A stretch of 64,000 bases of DNA from Alphaproteobacteria bacterium (GTDB lineage: Bacteria; Pseudomonadota; Alphaproteobacteria; CACIAM-22H2): the NCBI GenBank assembly GCA_965279355.1, contig OZ257155.1, positions 4,276,230-4,340,229 of the forward strand, given 5' to 3'. The position numbers and the translations under genes were made by a program. Under the pieces are notes generated by a model. It was not told where the DNA came from. It saw only the letters and a list, made by a program, of their open reading frames with translations, and made no database searches. The number at the start of each line of letters is the position of its first letter. The stretch's first letter is position 1. This document shows positions 41,762 to 51,784 of this stretch, one piece after another.

Positions 41762-42942
41762 TATTCCCCCCCTTGCACCGCCGCTTCAGGCGGTCTCCCC
41801 GATCGCGGCAGACGCGTCTCCTCACCGGTTCCTGCCGGGCCGGGACGACGGCGCTGCCGAGACCATGCCAGAAAATAGGCCGTTACTACCATGATAAGAA
41901 TGCCGCCGGCCGAAACGGCGAATTGCATCGCGATCGATGAATGAATCTCGACCAGCATGAAATGGCCGATGAACGACAGGAAGATGCCGAGACAGAACAC
42001 GTTCAGGGAGAACTGTCCGCAGCGGACGATCGGCTGCGCGACGGTGGTCGCGAAGAAGGGATGGCCGCGTCGGAAAATGGCAACCGTGACATGCGCGATC
42101 GCCAGGAAGTTCAGCAGCCGTAGCGGTCCGAAATTCGTCTTGTCGGCAATAAGCCAGGTGATTTCCTCAATGGCGGCGGGGACCTCGTCGATCAGCGACA
42201 GGACCGTGGAGGTCGCGCGGACGACCGCGCAAAGAATGACGACCGAGGCGGAGATCCAGATCGTGATCCGGCGGTCGGTGACCTCGCGCAATTCCTTTGG
42301 CTTCATCGCAAAGACGGCACCCAGCAGAAACAGGATCTGCCAGGCGAACGGGTTGAAGTACCAGACGCCGCTCGGATAGGTGCCGATATTGAAGTGCAGA
42401 TAGGCGGCGGCGGCGTAAAGGATCCAGGCGACGCCCAGCACCTGTGCCGGCCAGCGGCGCAGCAGCGGCAGCAGGAACGCCAGCATCGACAGCAGCACGA
42501 TATAGAGCGGAAGGATGTCCAGGAACGGCGGCTGCAGTCTCAGCGCCAGGGCATGCAGCACCGCGATGTGCGGTTCCTGCAGAAAATCCGCCACCCGCAT
42601 TTCCTCGAGGAACATCGGATTGTCGAAGCGCTGCGCCGTATAGGAGACCTGCGCGATGAACACGACGAACAGGAAGATGTGCGCGATGTAGAGCGTCCAG
42701 CAGCGCTTCAGAACCTGCACCATCGCATAGGGCGTGCCCTGCTGATCGAGGATGCCCGCGAACACCAGGGCGGCCGAAAATCCGGATATGAAGACGAAGA
42801 TCTCGGTTGCGTCGCAGAATGCGAAATTGGCGAGGGTAAGATAAGAGAAGCTGTTCCCGGGGATATGGTCGAGAAAAATGAACAGCAGGCCGAGACCGCG
42901 GAAGAAATCGAGACGCAGGTCGCGGGTGGGCGCAACGGCCAT
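41761..42942 (-). CDS. OpgC/MdoC-family membrane acyltransferase (acyltransferase_3-like)
   Basis: 393 aa with an N-terminal RLDFFRGLGLLFIFLDHIP motif and about 10 TM helices, typical of OpgC (periplasmic-glucan succinyltransferase) homologs. Confidence 0.85.
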   Translation of the reverse strand: MAVAPTRDLRLDFFRGLGLLFIFLDHIPGNSFSYLTLANFAFCDATEIFVFISGFSAALVFAGILDQQGTPYAMVQVLKRCWTLYIAHIFLFVVFIAQVSYTAQRFDNPMFLEEMRVADFLQEPHIAVLHALALRLQPPFLDILPLYIVLLSMLAFLLPLLRRWPAQVLGVAWILYAAAAYLHFNIGTYPSGVWYFNPFAWQILFLLGAVFAMKPKELREVTDRRITIWISASVVILCAVVRATSTVLSLIDEVPAAIEEITWLIADKTNFGPLRLLNFLAIAHVTVAIFRRGHPFFATTVAQPIVRCGQFSLNVFCLGIFLSFIGHFMLVEIHSSIAMQFAVSAGGILIMVVTAYFLAWSRQRRRPGPAGTGEETRLPRSGRPPEAAVQGGE

Positions 42943-42952
42943 TCGGGCAGCC

Positions 42953-43843
42953 TTATTCCGCCGCCTCTTTGCGCGCCGAGGCGGCGAGCGTGGCGCAGAA
43001 TTCCTCGAAGCTGACCAGCGGGGACTCAGGTGTCAGTTCGCCCAGCGGTGAGTCGGCAATCTGGCGGAACGTATCGGCCGCACCCTGGAACAGGCGGGGC
43101 GACATCCCGGCATCCGCAAACGTCGCGGCGATTTCTTCCATCTCTGCGACCCAGCGATAGGCGCGGTAGGTGACCGTCGGGAGAACTTCCTGGGCTCTCT
43201 GCAATGTTCCCGGATTGCTGAGCCGCATCTCGGCTTTCAGCGCCTCCGCGACACCGAGCTTCCCGGCGGACACAAAGGCCTGCGCCATGATCGCCGACAG
43301 ACCCTTGGTCATCGACGCGTAACACATCTTGAGGGCGGAGGCGCCGCCGATGCCGCCCTCGATCACCCGGATATCCAGGCCGTTCTCGTTCAGCACCGCA
43401 AAGCGCGGCGCGGCCGATCCGGAGGCATAGAAGCGGGTCTTCTTTTCTCCCGGTTTGGGCGGCATGCCGATGATGCCGGCATCGACGACCGCAGCGCCCG
43501 TGGCGGTGATGATATCGCTGACGGCACGCACGGTGGGCGCCGACACGGCGTTGCAATCCACATAGAGCGGCTTGGCGCCGGTGGTCTTGATGGCCGCCGC
43601 CACGCGCTGCGCGATCGCGCGCACTTCGCTGGGCGGGCAGATCGACAGCACCATCTCTGCCTCGCGGACCAGCCGGGCGTCGTCGGCGACATCCTCGAAG
43701 CCGACCCGCCTGGCGCGGTCTGCCGTCAGTGAGCTGCGTCCCGTGAGGTTGGTGATGACGCGCGCGCCGCCCTTCACCAGGCACGCGCCGACCGCGTGTC
43801 CCATGTCGCCCGGTGCCAGGATTGCGATTGTCCGCACGGTCAT
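42953..43843 (-). CDS. NAD(P)-binding oxidoreductase (6-phosphogluconate-dehydrogenase-like N-terminal domain + DUF1932)
   Basis: 296 aa counted from MTVRTIAILAPGDMGHAVG (ATG 43841-43843). It has a Rossmann GxGxxG motif. The track ORF 42953..44533 adds 230 Ser/Arg-rich codons that are antisense read-through of the asmA gene. Confidence 0.75.
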   Translation of the reverse strand: MTVRTIAILAPGDMGHAVGACLVKGGARVITNLTGRSSLTADRARRVGFEDVADDARLVREAEMVLSICPPSEVRAIAQRVAAAIKTTGAKPLYVDCNAVSAPTVRAVSDIITATGAAVVDAGIIGMPPKPGEKKTRFYASGSAAPRFAVLNENGLDIRVIEGGIGGASALKMCYASMTKGLSAIMAQAFVSAGKLGVAEALKAEMRLSNPGTLQRAQEVLPTVTYRAYRWVAEMEEIAATFADAGMSPRLFQGAADTFRQIADSPLGELTPESPLVSFEEFCATLAASARKEAAE

Positions 43844-43946
43844 TGGAATCCCCGCCAAAATGATTGGTGATAGTGACAATTTTCCCGTGCTGCGTCCATG
43901 CCCTCCGCCACGCGACACCACTGTGTTTTGGCTATAACGTGCGCCG

Positions 43947-46115
43947 ATGCGACGACGGATTCTGATCGGCGGCGGGGCGGTCCTTGCAATGCTCGTGCTG
44001 GCGGCTCTGGCACTGCCTCCGCTTGCCACGCAATTGCTCATGAGTGCCGTGCACGCTCGTGCCGAGGCCGCTGGCGTGCGTGTGACCACCGACGAGCCGG
44101 TGGACATCACCTGGCTGCCGCGCCCGCTCCTGCGGGCCCAGGCGCTGAGCGTGGCCACTGGCACGAACCCGGCCGAGCCGGTGGTGCGGGCCACTTCGCT
44201 TGACGCGATGTTCAGCTGGGCCGGGCTGCTGCGCGGCCAGCCGGAAGTGACCCAGCTTCGTCTGCGCGGCGTGCAGGCTCTGGCGTTGCCGCCCGGCGAC
44301 GTCGACATTGCCTTCGAAGGCTTCGGCATGCAGGTCGCCGTAACGTCGACCGACCTCTCTGCGCGGCTGGCGATCCGCCGCGATCCCGGAACCTTGATTC
44401 TGGATACAATCGCGCTGGACCGCGGCCGGTATACGGCGACCGGCTCCGGCGGGCTGTCGTTCGAGGAGCCGACGCGGCTTGTCCTGCGCCTGGAGCGCGT
44501 GACGCGCGATGGTGCGCCTGTCGGCAGTTTCAATGTCGCGGCGTCCTATACACGCGATGGGGTGCTGATCGAGCGCGCCACGTTTCGGACGGTGGAGGGG
44601 GCCGAACTCTCGATGTTCGGTCACGGTTCGATCGCGGCGCCGTTTCGCTTCGAAGGCGGGGTCGAGGCGAGTTCCGGGCCCTTGGTGGAGGCATCGGCAC
44701 GCCTGTCGGCAACTGGAACCGCCGATGATTTCCAGGTTGAGCTGACCGAACTGGACGCGCGGATCGGTGAAGGCCGGCTTAGCGGCACCGTCCGGGGTGC
44801 GCTGGGTGCGAAAAGCCGCAGTGAGGCGGATCTGCGGATGGATCGCCTTGCCGTCGATGCATTGGCGGCCGTTCCGGTCGCCGCGCTGGCGCCATTGATC
44901 GCCGACGAAACGACAGTGCGGTTGCGGATCGGGCAGGTGGTTTGGGCGAAGACGGCAGCCGAGGGCGTCATTGTCGATCTTGCAGGTAGTGACGGAATTT
45001 TCGATCTGCGTGAGCTGGCGATCCGCAATCTTGGCGGTGCGCCCTTTATCGCCCGTGGACGCTTCGTGCCTGATGCGACTTCGGTGCGGGCTGAGATGCT
45101 GGCGCTTCGCTACGGCGCGCTGGAGGGAAGCGGTGTCGCGAGCGTCGACTGGTCGGCGGAACGTCCGTTGCTGCGCGCCGACCTGGCGCTTGGACCGGTG
45201 GTTCTCGAGCCCCTTCTGGGTGAGACGCGACCATTGCCGCCGGAACCGACGACCCGGCGCGCCGCGGCAGCGGCGGCACAGGCTGCACGCCAGCCGCCGC
45301 CCCCGGCGGCATGGTCGCGCGAACGGATCGCCTTTCCGGCGCTGCCGCCGTTCGATTTCGACGTGACCGCGACGTCACCGCTGGTGTCGTGGCATGGCAA
45401 GCGGCTGGAAACGGCGCGTCTGGTGACGCGCTGGGACGGCGACACCCTCAAACTCGAGGATCTGTCGGGAAAGATTTATGGCGGCCAGCTCGGCACGACG
45501 GGCCAGGCGACGTTTCAGGACGAACCGGCTTTCATCGGCAAAGGGCAACTCTCGGGCGGTGACCTGCGGCTTCTGCTGACCGACGTCGCCGGTGTCGATG
45601 CCATCAGCGGGCGCGGCGATATCGCGGCCGAGCTGACAACGTTTGGCGAGAACCCCGCGACCATGATCGGTGCATTGGCCGGGATAGTCCGGATCGCCGG
45701 CCGCGACGGTACGGTGACGGGCTTCGATCTTGCGGCGGCAAGCGAGCGTTTGCGCCGGATGAACCGGCCAACCGATCTGCTGGAACTGGCGCGCGCGGGA
45801 TCGGGTGGTCGCACGCCGTTCCAGACGCTTGATGGCGTCTTTCGAATCGAGCGCGGCGTCGCCACGACGGATGGGCTGCGTCTGGTCGCGCGTAGCGGCG
45901 AGGCGCGCATGACGGGCAGCATCAGCCTGCCGTCCTGGACACTCAACCTGGTGAATGAACTGAAGGTCGGCGACCCTGCCGGGCTGCCGCCTCTGGCGCT
46001 GAAGCTGAGCGGCTCGATTGCCGCGCCGCGTTCTGTTTTCGATATCGAACGGCTTCAGTCGGAGCTTCTGCGGCGGACCGGCCGGTCGAATTCCGGCGGT
46101 CCGCCGCAGCGCTAG
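43947..46115 (+). CDS. AsmA family protein
   Basis: 722 aa with an N-terminal signal-anchor and a long AsmA-like repetitive beta-rich region. Confidence 0.85.
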   Translation: MRRRILIGGGAVLAMLVLAALALPPLATQLLMSAVHARAEAAGVRVTTDEPVDITWLPRPLLRAQALSVATGTNPAEPVVRATSLDAMFSWAGLLRGQPEVTQLRLRGVQALALPPGDVDIAFEGFGMQVAVTSTDLSARLAIRRDPGTLILDTIALDRGRYTATGSGGLSFEEPTRLVLRLERVTRDGAPVGSFNVAASYTRDGVLIERATFRTVEGAELSMFGHGSIAAPFRFEGGVEASSGPLVEASARLSATGTADDFQVELTELDARIGEGRLSGTVRGALGAKSRSEADLRMDRLAVDALAAVPVAALAPLIADETTVRLRIGQVVWAKTAAEGVIVDLAGSDGIFDLRELAIRNLGGAPFIARGRFVPDATSVRAEMLALRYGALEGSGVASVDWSAERPLLRADLALGPVVLEPLLGETRPLPPEPTTRRAAAAAAQAARQPPPPAAWSRERIAFPALPPFDFDVTATSPLVSWHGKRLETARLVTRWDGDTLKLEDLSGKIYGGQLGTTGQATFQDEPAFIGKGQLSGGDLRLLLTDVAGVDAISGRGDIAAELTTFGENPATMIGALAGIVRIAGRDGTVTGFDLAAASERLRRMNRPTDLLELARAGSGGRTPFQTLDGVFRIERGVATTDGLRLVARSGEARMTGSISLPSWTLNLVNELKVGDPAGLPPLALKLSGSIAAPRSVFDIERLQSELLRRTGRSNSGGPPQR

Positions 46116-46142
46116 GATCCCTGAATTTTACTTTACTCGAAC

Positions 46143-46430
46143 TTATCCATTCGCTTCGCGCGGCATACCGGTTTGTATGCCCCCGCTGCCAGGCGCCGGG
46201 CCAAGGCGGCGTTCCAGTTCGGCCAGAACGAAAAGGCGCAGGCCGCTCGAGAGGTTGCCGGGACGGCCGCCGCCCGTCTCTGTTGCATCGATCTCGGTGA
46301 CAAGATCGTTGATGGACATGTTCCGCCCGCGGGCGATGTCCTTCAGCCTTTGCCAGAACGGTTCCTCGAGGGACACGCTGGTTCGGTGGCCGGCGACGAT
46401 CACTGAGCGTTTGGGGATTGCATCGGACAT
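46143..46430 (-). CDS. ribbon-helix-helix domain-containing protein
   Basis: 95 aa. It has an RHH fold motif (HRTSVSLEEPFWQRLKDIARGRNMSINDLVTEID) and a GGAGA SD. It lies immediately downstream of fumC, a common arrangement in Rhizobiales. Confidence 0.7.
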   Translation of the reverse strand: MSDAIPKRSVIVAGHRTSVSLEEPFWQRLKDIARGRNMSINDLVTEIDATETGGGRPGNLSSGLRLFVLAELERRLGPAPGSGGIQTGMPREANG

Positions 46431-46443
46431 AGTTTATCTCCCG

Positions 46444-47853
46444 TCAATCATCGCGGGGACCGAGCATTTCTTCGGGCCGTACCCAGCGATCGAAATCCGC
46501 CTCGGATACAAGGTGGAGATCGGCAGCTGCTTTTTTAAGCGTGAGGTCGTGGGCCAGAGCATGCTTCGCAATTTTCGCCGCGTTGTCATAACCAATGTGA
46601 GGATTCAAAGCCGTCACCAACATGAGAGAGCGTTCCACAAACCGTGATATGCGCTCCTCATCCGCTGTTATTCCGATGACACAAAACTCAGCAAAGCTCA
46701 TTGTGGCATCGCCCAACAGACGGACTGATTGGAGTACGTTGAAGATGATAACCGGCTTGTAGGCATTCAGTTCCAGATGTCCGGACGCCCCAGCTATAGA
46801 TATCGTCACGTGATTGCCCATGACTTGGGCACAAACCATTGTCAGGGCCTCCGCCTGGGTCGGATTTGCCTTGCCGGGCATGATTGAGGAACCCGGTTCG
46901 TTCTCCGGGATGCGAATTTCGCCAATTCCCGATCGCGGCCCCGAGGCGAGCAACCGTATGTCATTGGCAATCTTCATCAATGACACTGCAATGGTGTTCA
47001 GCGCGCCGGAGCATTCGACCATCGCATCGTGCGCGGCGATTGCCTCAAACTTGTCACTCGCGGGCATGAACGGATAACCGGTAATCCCGGCGAGTTCCTG
47101 CGCGAAGCGGGCCGCGAATCCCGTGTTCGCATTGAGACCGGTACCGACCGCCGTTCCTCCTTGCGCGACCGGATAAAGGCGCGGCAACGCAGCTTCAATG
47201 CGCGCGATGCCCAGCTCGACCTGTTTTGCATAAGCGCCGAATTCCTGGCCGAGTGTCAGCGGCACGGCATCCTGCAGGTGCGTGCGGCCGATCTTTACGA
47301 TCCGGGCGAAACTGTCGGCGCGTTCGCGCAGGGTGTCGTGCAGCTTTCGGAGGCCGGGAAGCAGGCGGTCGTGAATCTCCGCGACGGTGGCGATGTGCAT
47401 GGCCGTGGGGAAGCTGTCGTTCGACGACTGGCCGAGATTGACGTGATCGTTGGGATGTACGGGCGATCGCGCGCCGAGCGCGCCGCCCAGAATCTGGTTC
47501 GCGCGATTGGCGATCACTTCGTTGGCGTTCATGTTGGTCTGCGTGCCGGAACCGGTCTGCCAGACCCGCAGCGGGAAATGATCGGCGAGCGTGCCGTCGA
47601 TCACCTCGTCCGCGGCGCGCAGAATCGCGTCCGCGAGGTGTGCCTCAAGCAGACCAAGATTCTGGTTGGCCAGTGCCGCCGCCTTTTTCTGCAGGCCGAA
47701 GGCGCGGATCAGCGGCGCCGGCATGCGCTCCTCGCCGATGCGAAAGAGCTCCACGCTCCGCTGGGTTTGCGCACCCCAGTACCGGTCCGCCGGCACATCG
47801 ATGGGGCCGAAGGAATCTCGTTCTGTCCGTGTTGGTTTGCGATCATTGGGCAT
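46444..47853 (-). CDS. fumC: class II fumarate hydratase
   Basis: 469 aa with the GSSxMPxKxN signature ([11 protein letters not shown]) and the fumarate-lyase family fold. Confidence 0.95.
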   Translation of the reverse strand: MPNDRKPTRTERDSFGPIDVPADRYWGAQTQRSVELFRIGEERMPAPLIRAFGLQKKAAALANQNLGLLEAHLADAILRAADEVIDGTLADHFPLRVWQTGSGTQTNMNANEVIANRANQILGGALGARSPVHPNDHVNLGQSSNDSFPTAMHIATVAEIHDRLLPGLRKLHDTLRERADSFARIVKIGRTHLQDAVPLTLGQEFGAYAKQVELGIARIEAALPRLYPVAQGGTAVGTGLNANTGFAARFAQELAGITGYPFMPASDKFEAIAAHDAMVECSGALNTIAVSLMKIANDIRLLASGPRSGIGEIRIPENEPGSSIMPGKANPTQAEALTMVCAQVMGNHVTISIAGASGHLELNAYKPVIIFNVLQSVRLLGDATMSFAEFCVIGITADEERISRFVERSLMLVTALNPHIGYDNAAKIAKHALAHDLTLKKAAADLHLVSEADFDRWVRPEEMLGPRDD

Positions 47854-47976
47854 GGGAAAGGTCTCGGCTGTATGTCGGGCCTGACTGTTAGCTTAGCCCC
47901 CCGTCGCGCCAGGCGCGACTCACGCCAACCGCCGAATACCGCAAATAAACGCCGGAGCGCTTAAACGGGTTCCGGT

Positions 47977-49365
47977 TTACTTGCGATCGCTCCCGGTCTG
48001 CGGCGTGAAGGAAAGTGTGACCCGCAGCCCCGGATGGTTGTCGTCAAGCGTGAGCGTGGCGTTGTGCAGTCCGGCAACGGCGGCGACGAGGCTGAGGCCA
48101 AGGCCGCTGCCCGGCGTTGAGCGGCTGTTATCGATGCGGAAGAACCGTTCCAGCACCTTGCCGCGCAACGCGGCGGGGATGCCGGGACCGCTATCGGCGA
48201 CGATGAGCACCGGGCCGGACGAGGGGATGGTCAGCTCCACCGTGATGTGTCCACCCGGTGGCGTATATTTGACCGCGTTGTCCAGCAGGTTGGTCAGGGC
48301 CTGCGCCAGCAGATGCCGGTCGCCGGGGATGGTCGCGCCGGCAGCGATGGACACGTCGAGTGTCTGGTGCCGTTCTGCGGCCACCGGCTCATAAAGTTCG
48401 ACCGCATCACGCACCACCGTTTCCAGATCGACATCCGTGAAGGCCGCGCTGGCGCGTCTGGATTCCGCTTCGGCAATCCGCAGCAGGGCATTGAAGGTGG
48501 CGAGCAGCGCATCGGCTTCCGTCGTCGCTTCCTCGATCAGACGGCGCTGCTCGTCATTGGCCGGCATCCGCATCTTCATGTTTTCGAGGCGGTGCCGCAG
48601 GCGGGTGAGAGGGCTGCGCAGATCGTGCGCGATCCCTTCCGACACATGCCGGATGCCCTCCATCAGCGTTTCGATGCGGTCCAGCATCGCGTTGAGGTTC
48701 TGGGCCAGATGATCGAAATCATCATCGGAGCCGCGCACGGGCACGCGCCGCGTGAGATCGCCCTCGCGCATGATCTCCCGGCTGGCCCGGTTGATCGTCT
48801 CCAGCCGTCGCAGCGAGGCGCGCGCCATCAGCAAACCGCCGGCAAGTCCCAGCGCCAGGGTGAAGGCCAGACCCCAGGCAAGGGAGCGCAGGATCAGCCG
48901 CTGCACCTCGTCGATATCGCGGGCATCGCGGCCGACCAGCAGGTGAAACCCGCCGGCGAGGATGAAATGCCGGGTGCGCGCCAGATAGACGCTGCCGCTG
49001 GCGGAGGTGCGGTCGTGAATATCGAACTGGATCCAGCCGTCGCTGCTTTCCGGTTCGGTCGGCCAGCGGTTGAGATTGCCGATGACCGGGCGGAAGCGCG
49101 GATCGGTCAGGAGATAGACCTCGCTGCCGCGGGGATCGCGGGCCATGCGCTGGCGAATCGCTTCGGCGAGGCCCTCGACGCCGCGCTGCCGGTACTGCTC
49201 GGCCAGCCCGACGATCTCCGTATCGATCGTCTCGTCGAGCTGGCGCAGCATCGAGCCGGCCGTCGCCCAGTAGATGAAGCCGAGAAGCAGAATGACGGAG
49301 CCGCTGAACAGCGCCAGATAGCCGAGCGCCAGGCGAAAGGCGGTTGTGCGGAGAAGACGGACGTT
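47977..49365 (-). CDS. two-component sensor histidine kinase (periplasmic sensing, HAMP, HisKA, HATPase_c)
   Basis: 462 aa counted from the GTG at 49363-49365, which overlaps the response-regulator stop as GTGA. It has two TM helices, a HAMP domain, an H-box (IAHDLRSPLT) and N/G1/G2 boxes. The track ORF 47977..50205 is over-extended through the regulator gene in another frame. Confidence 0.88.
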   Translation of the reverse strand, partial: NVRLLRTTAFRLALGYLALFSGSVILLLGFIYWATAGSMLRQLDETIDTEIVGLAEQYRQRGVEGLAEAIRQRMARDPRGSEVYLLTDPRFRPVIGNLNRWPTEPESSDGWIQFDIHDRTSASGSVYLARTRHFILAGGFHLLVGRDARDIDEVQRLILRSLAWGLAFTLALGLAGGLLMARASLRRLETINRASREIMREGDLTRRVPVRGSDDDFDHLAQNLNAMLDRIETLMEGIRHVSEGIAHDLRSPLTRLRHRLENMKMRMPANDEQRRLIEEATTEADALLATFNALLRIAEAESRRASAAFTDVDLETVVRDAVELYEPVAAERHQTLDVSIAAGATIPGDRHLLAQALTNLLDNAVKYTPPGGHITVELTIPSSGPVLIVADSGPGIPAALRGKVLERFFRIDNSRSTPGSGLGLSLVAAVAGLHNATLTLDDNHPGLRVTLSFTPQTGSDRK

Positions 49366-50051
49366 CACGCCGGCGCGCCCACCCTGAGGCTGTAGCCGGC
49401 GCCGCGGATCGTGTGAATAAGCGGTGCGTCGAAGCCCTTGTCGATCTTCTGGCGCAGGCGGCTGATATGCACGTCGATCACGTTGGTCTGCGGATCGAAG
49501 TGATAGTCCCAGACCCCTTCCAGCAGCATGGTGCGCGTCACCACCTGGCCCGCATGTCGCATCAGGAATTCCAGCAGGCGAAATTCGCGCTGCTGCAGAT
49601 CGACCGGTTTGCCGGCGCGTTTGACCGTGCGCGCCAGCAGGTCGAGTTCGAGATCGCCAACGCGCAGGACCGTCTCGCGTTCGGCGGGTGCGCCGCGGCG
49701 GCGCAGAATCGATTCGATCCGGGCGAGAAGCTCGGTGAAGGAAAACGGCTTGGCGAGATAGTCGTCGCCGCCGGCGCGCAGGCCGCGCACGCGCTGGTCG
49801 ACATCGCCCAAAGCGCTCAGAAAAAGCACCGGCGTCTGGTTGCCGGATTTGCGCAACGTCTCGACCAGCGTCAGCCCATCGACGCCGGGCAGCATGCGAT
49901 CGACGATCAGCACGTCGTATTTCTCGCCCATCGCCATGACCAGACCGTCGGTGCCGTTCGGGGCGCGGTCGGCAACAAATCCGGCCTCGCCCAGACCCTT
50001 GGTCAGGTAGCGCGCGACTTCGGAATCGTCCTCGATAACCAGAACCCGCAT
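49365..50051 (-). CDS. OmpR-family response regulator
   Basis: 228 aa counted from MRVLVIEDDSEVARYL (ATG 50049-50051). It has a receiver domain with conserved D, and a winged-helix trans_reg_C domain. Confidence 0.9.
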   Translation of the reverse strand: MRVLVIEDDSEVARYLTKGLGEAGFVADRAPNGTDGLVMAMGEKYDVLIVDRMLPGVDGLTLVETLRKSGNQTPVLFLSALGDVDQRVRGLRAGGDDYLAKPFSFTELLARIESILRRRGAPAERETVLRVGDLELDLLARTVKRAGKPVDLQQREFRLLEFLMRHAGQVVTRTMLLEGVWDYHFDPQTNVIDVHISRLRQKIDKGFDAPLIHTIRGAGYSLRVGAPA

Positions 50052-50102
50052 GGAGGTTGTTTTGCCGGCAGGGGAGAGAAGTGTCAGGTCCATGATGCCA
50101 TA

Positions 50103-50152
50103 CCTGAGAAAAGAAAACGCCGGCGGCTTCGTTTTTGCGAAACCGCCGGCGC
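50103..50152 (-). terminator. rho-independent terminator after degP
   Basis: A perfect 9-bp GC stem CGCCGGCGG/CCGCCGGCG (50118-50126 / 50143-50151) is flanked by A/T runs. On the minus strand it is followed by UUUUCUUUUCUCAGG. Confidence 0.5.
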
Positions 50153-50167
50153 CGTTTTATCGGGAGC

Positions 50168-51691
50168 TTAGACGACGGGCACGGCGACAAAACGCTCGCC
50201 CACACCCTTGCGGTTGATCAGTAGCAGCACAGCCTTGCGCTCGGCCTTCTCGGCGGCCTTGACGCTATTCACCACATCGCTAGGCGAAGTCACGTCCTTA
50301 TCGCCGACCCGCACGATCACATCACCGGCGGTGAGGCCGGCCTCGGCGGCCTTGCTGCCGCGCTCGACATTGCGGATGACGGCACCCTTGACGTCGCCCT
50401 CAAGGCCGAGCTGTTCCTTCGCCTGCCGGGTCAGCGGCGCCAGGGTTGCACCCAGCACGCTGGAGGTCGGCTGACGGGCGTTGCCCGGCGCCGGCGCGTC
50501 GCGGTCGGCAGATGCAAGCTGGTCGTTGGGCATCTGACCGAGACGGACATCGAGCGTCGTGTCCTTGCCGTCCCGCCACACGCCAAGCTTCGCCGTCTTA
50601 TTAGGGCCAGCCGAGGCGACCAGGCGCGGCACGTCGCGGAACTGATCGACCGTCTTGCCGTCGATGGAGCGGATGACATCGCCCTGCCGGACGCCGGCCT
50701 TGGCAGCCGGGCTATCGGGCTGAACCGTTGAGACGAGGGCGCCCTTTTCCTCCTTGAGGCCAAGGCTTTCCGCGATCTCCTTGCTCACCGGCTGGATGCT
50801 GACGCCGAGCCAGCCGCGATCGACACGACCATTCGTCCGGAGTTCATCGATAATCGGCTTGGCCAGCGAGGCCGGGATCGCAAAGCCGATGCCGATGCTG
50901 CCGCCGTTGGGCGAGTAGATCGCCGTGTTGACGCCGATCACCCCGCCGTTGCGGTCGAACAGCGGTCCACCGGAGTTGCCGCGATTGATCGGGGCGTCGA
51001 CCTGAAGGAAGTCGTCGAATGGGCCGGCCTGGATGTCACGGCCACGCGCCGAGACGATGCCGGCCGTAACCGAGCCGCCGAGGCCGAACGGATTGCCGAC
51101 CGCCAGCACCCAGTCGCCGACGCGCGCCTTGTCCGAGTTACCCCACTCGACGAACGGCAACGCTTCGCGCGTTTCCACCTTGAGCAGGGCAAGATCGGTC
51201 TTGTCGTCGCGGCCGATCACGGTACCGTCGAACTTGCGGCCGTCGGCCAGCGTGACCTGGATCTTGCTGGCGTTCTGCACCACGTGATTGTTGGTCACCA
51301 CATAGCCGGTCGGATCGATCAGGAAGCCGGAGCCGAGCGCGGATGCGGTGCCGGGTCCGGACTCCGGACCGTTGCCCCCGCGCCGCTCGCCCTGCGGCGG
51401 CTCCATGAAGCGGCGGAAGAAATCTTCGAACGGCGAGCCGCGCAGTTCCGGCGGCATCTGGAATTGCGATTCATCGCTGTCGCTGCGGCGCGCGGCGGCC
51501 TGCTGCTGTGTCGCGATGTTGACGACGGCGGGCTTCACCTTGTCAACGAGATCGGCAAAGCCTTCCTGCGGAACGGCCTGCGCCATCGATGTGGTGAAAA
51601 TCAGGGCCGCGCCGGCGACCGCGGCAAGAACGGGTCCGCGCCGGCGGCGGCGCGGCACGGGCGTTTGAACGGGAACGGATGTTGCGAGCAT
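50168..51691 (-). CDS. degP: periplasmic serine endoprotease DegP/HtrA (Do family, two PDZ domains)
   Basis: 507 aa with a signal peptide, the trypsin-like catalytic triad region (GNSGGPL) and two PDZ domains. Confidence 0.92.
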   Translation of the reverse strand: MLATSVPVQTPVPRRRRRGPVLAAVAGAALIFTTSMAQAVPQEGFADLVDKVKPAVVNIATQQQAAARRSDSDESQFQMPPELRGSPFEDFFRRFMEPPQGERRGGNGPESGPGTASALGSGFLIDPTGYVVTNNHVVQNASKIQVTLADGRKFDGTVIGRDDKTDLALLKVETREALPFVEWGNSDKARVGDWVLAVGNPFGLGGSVTAGIVSARGRDIQAGPFDDFLQVDAPINRGNSGGPLFDRNGGVIGVNTAIYSPNGGSIGIGFAIPASLAKPIIDELRTNGRVDRGWLGVSIQPVSKEIAESLGLKEEKGALVSTVQPDSPAAKAGVRQGDVIRSIDGKTVDQFRDVPRLVASAGPNKTAKLGVWRDGKDTTLDVRLGQMPNDQLASADRDAPAPGNARQPTSSVLGATLAPLTRQAKEQLGLEGDVKGAVIRNVERGSKAAEAGLTAGDVIVRVGDKDVTSPSDVVNSVKAAEKAERKAVLLLINRKGVGERFVAVPVV

Positions 51692-51784
51692 GGACGAGAG
51701 CTCCTCATGAATTGCGCGCGGACAGGTGTCCGCCGACGCTCCCTGAGATAAGCCTGTTTGGCTCTCGCGGTACTTTCCGGGGGA

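Noticed and set aside
48247-50171. Plus-strand ORFs 48247..49395 and 49344..50171 over the histidine kinase/response regulator genes.
   Set aside because: Antisense. The sense genes have H-box/receiver motifs.
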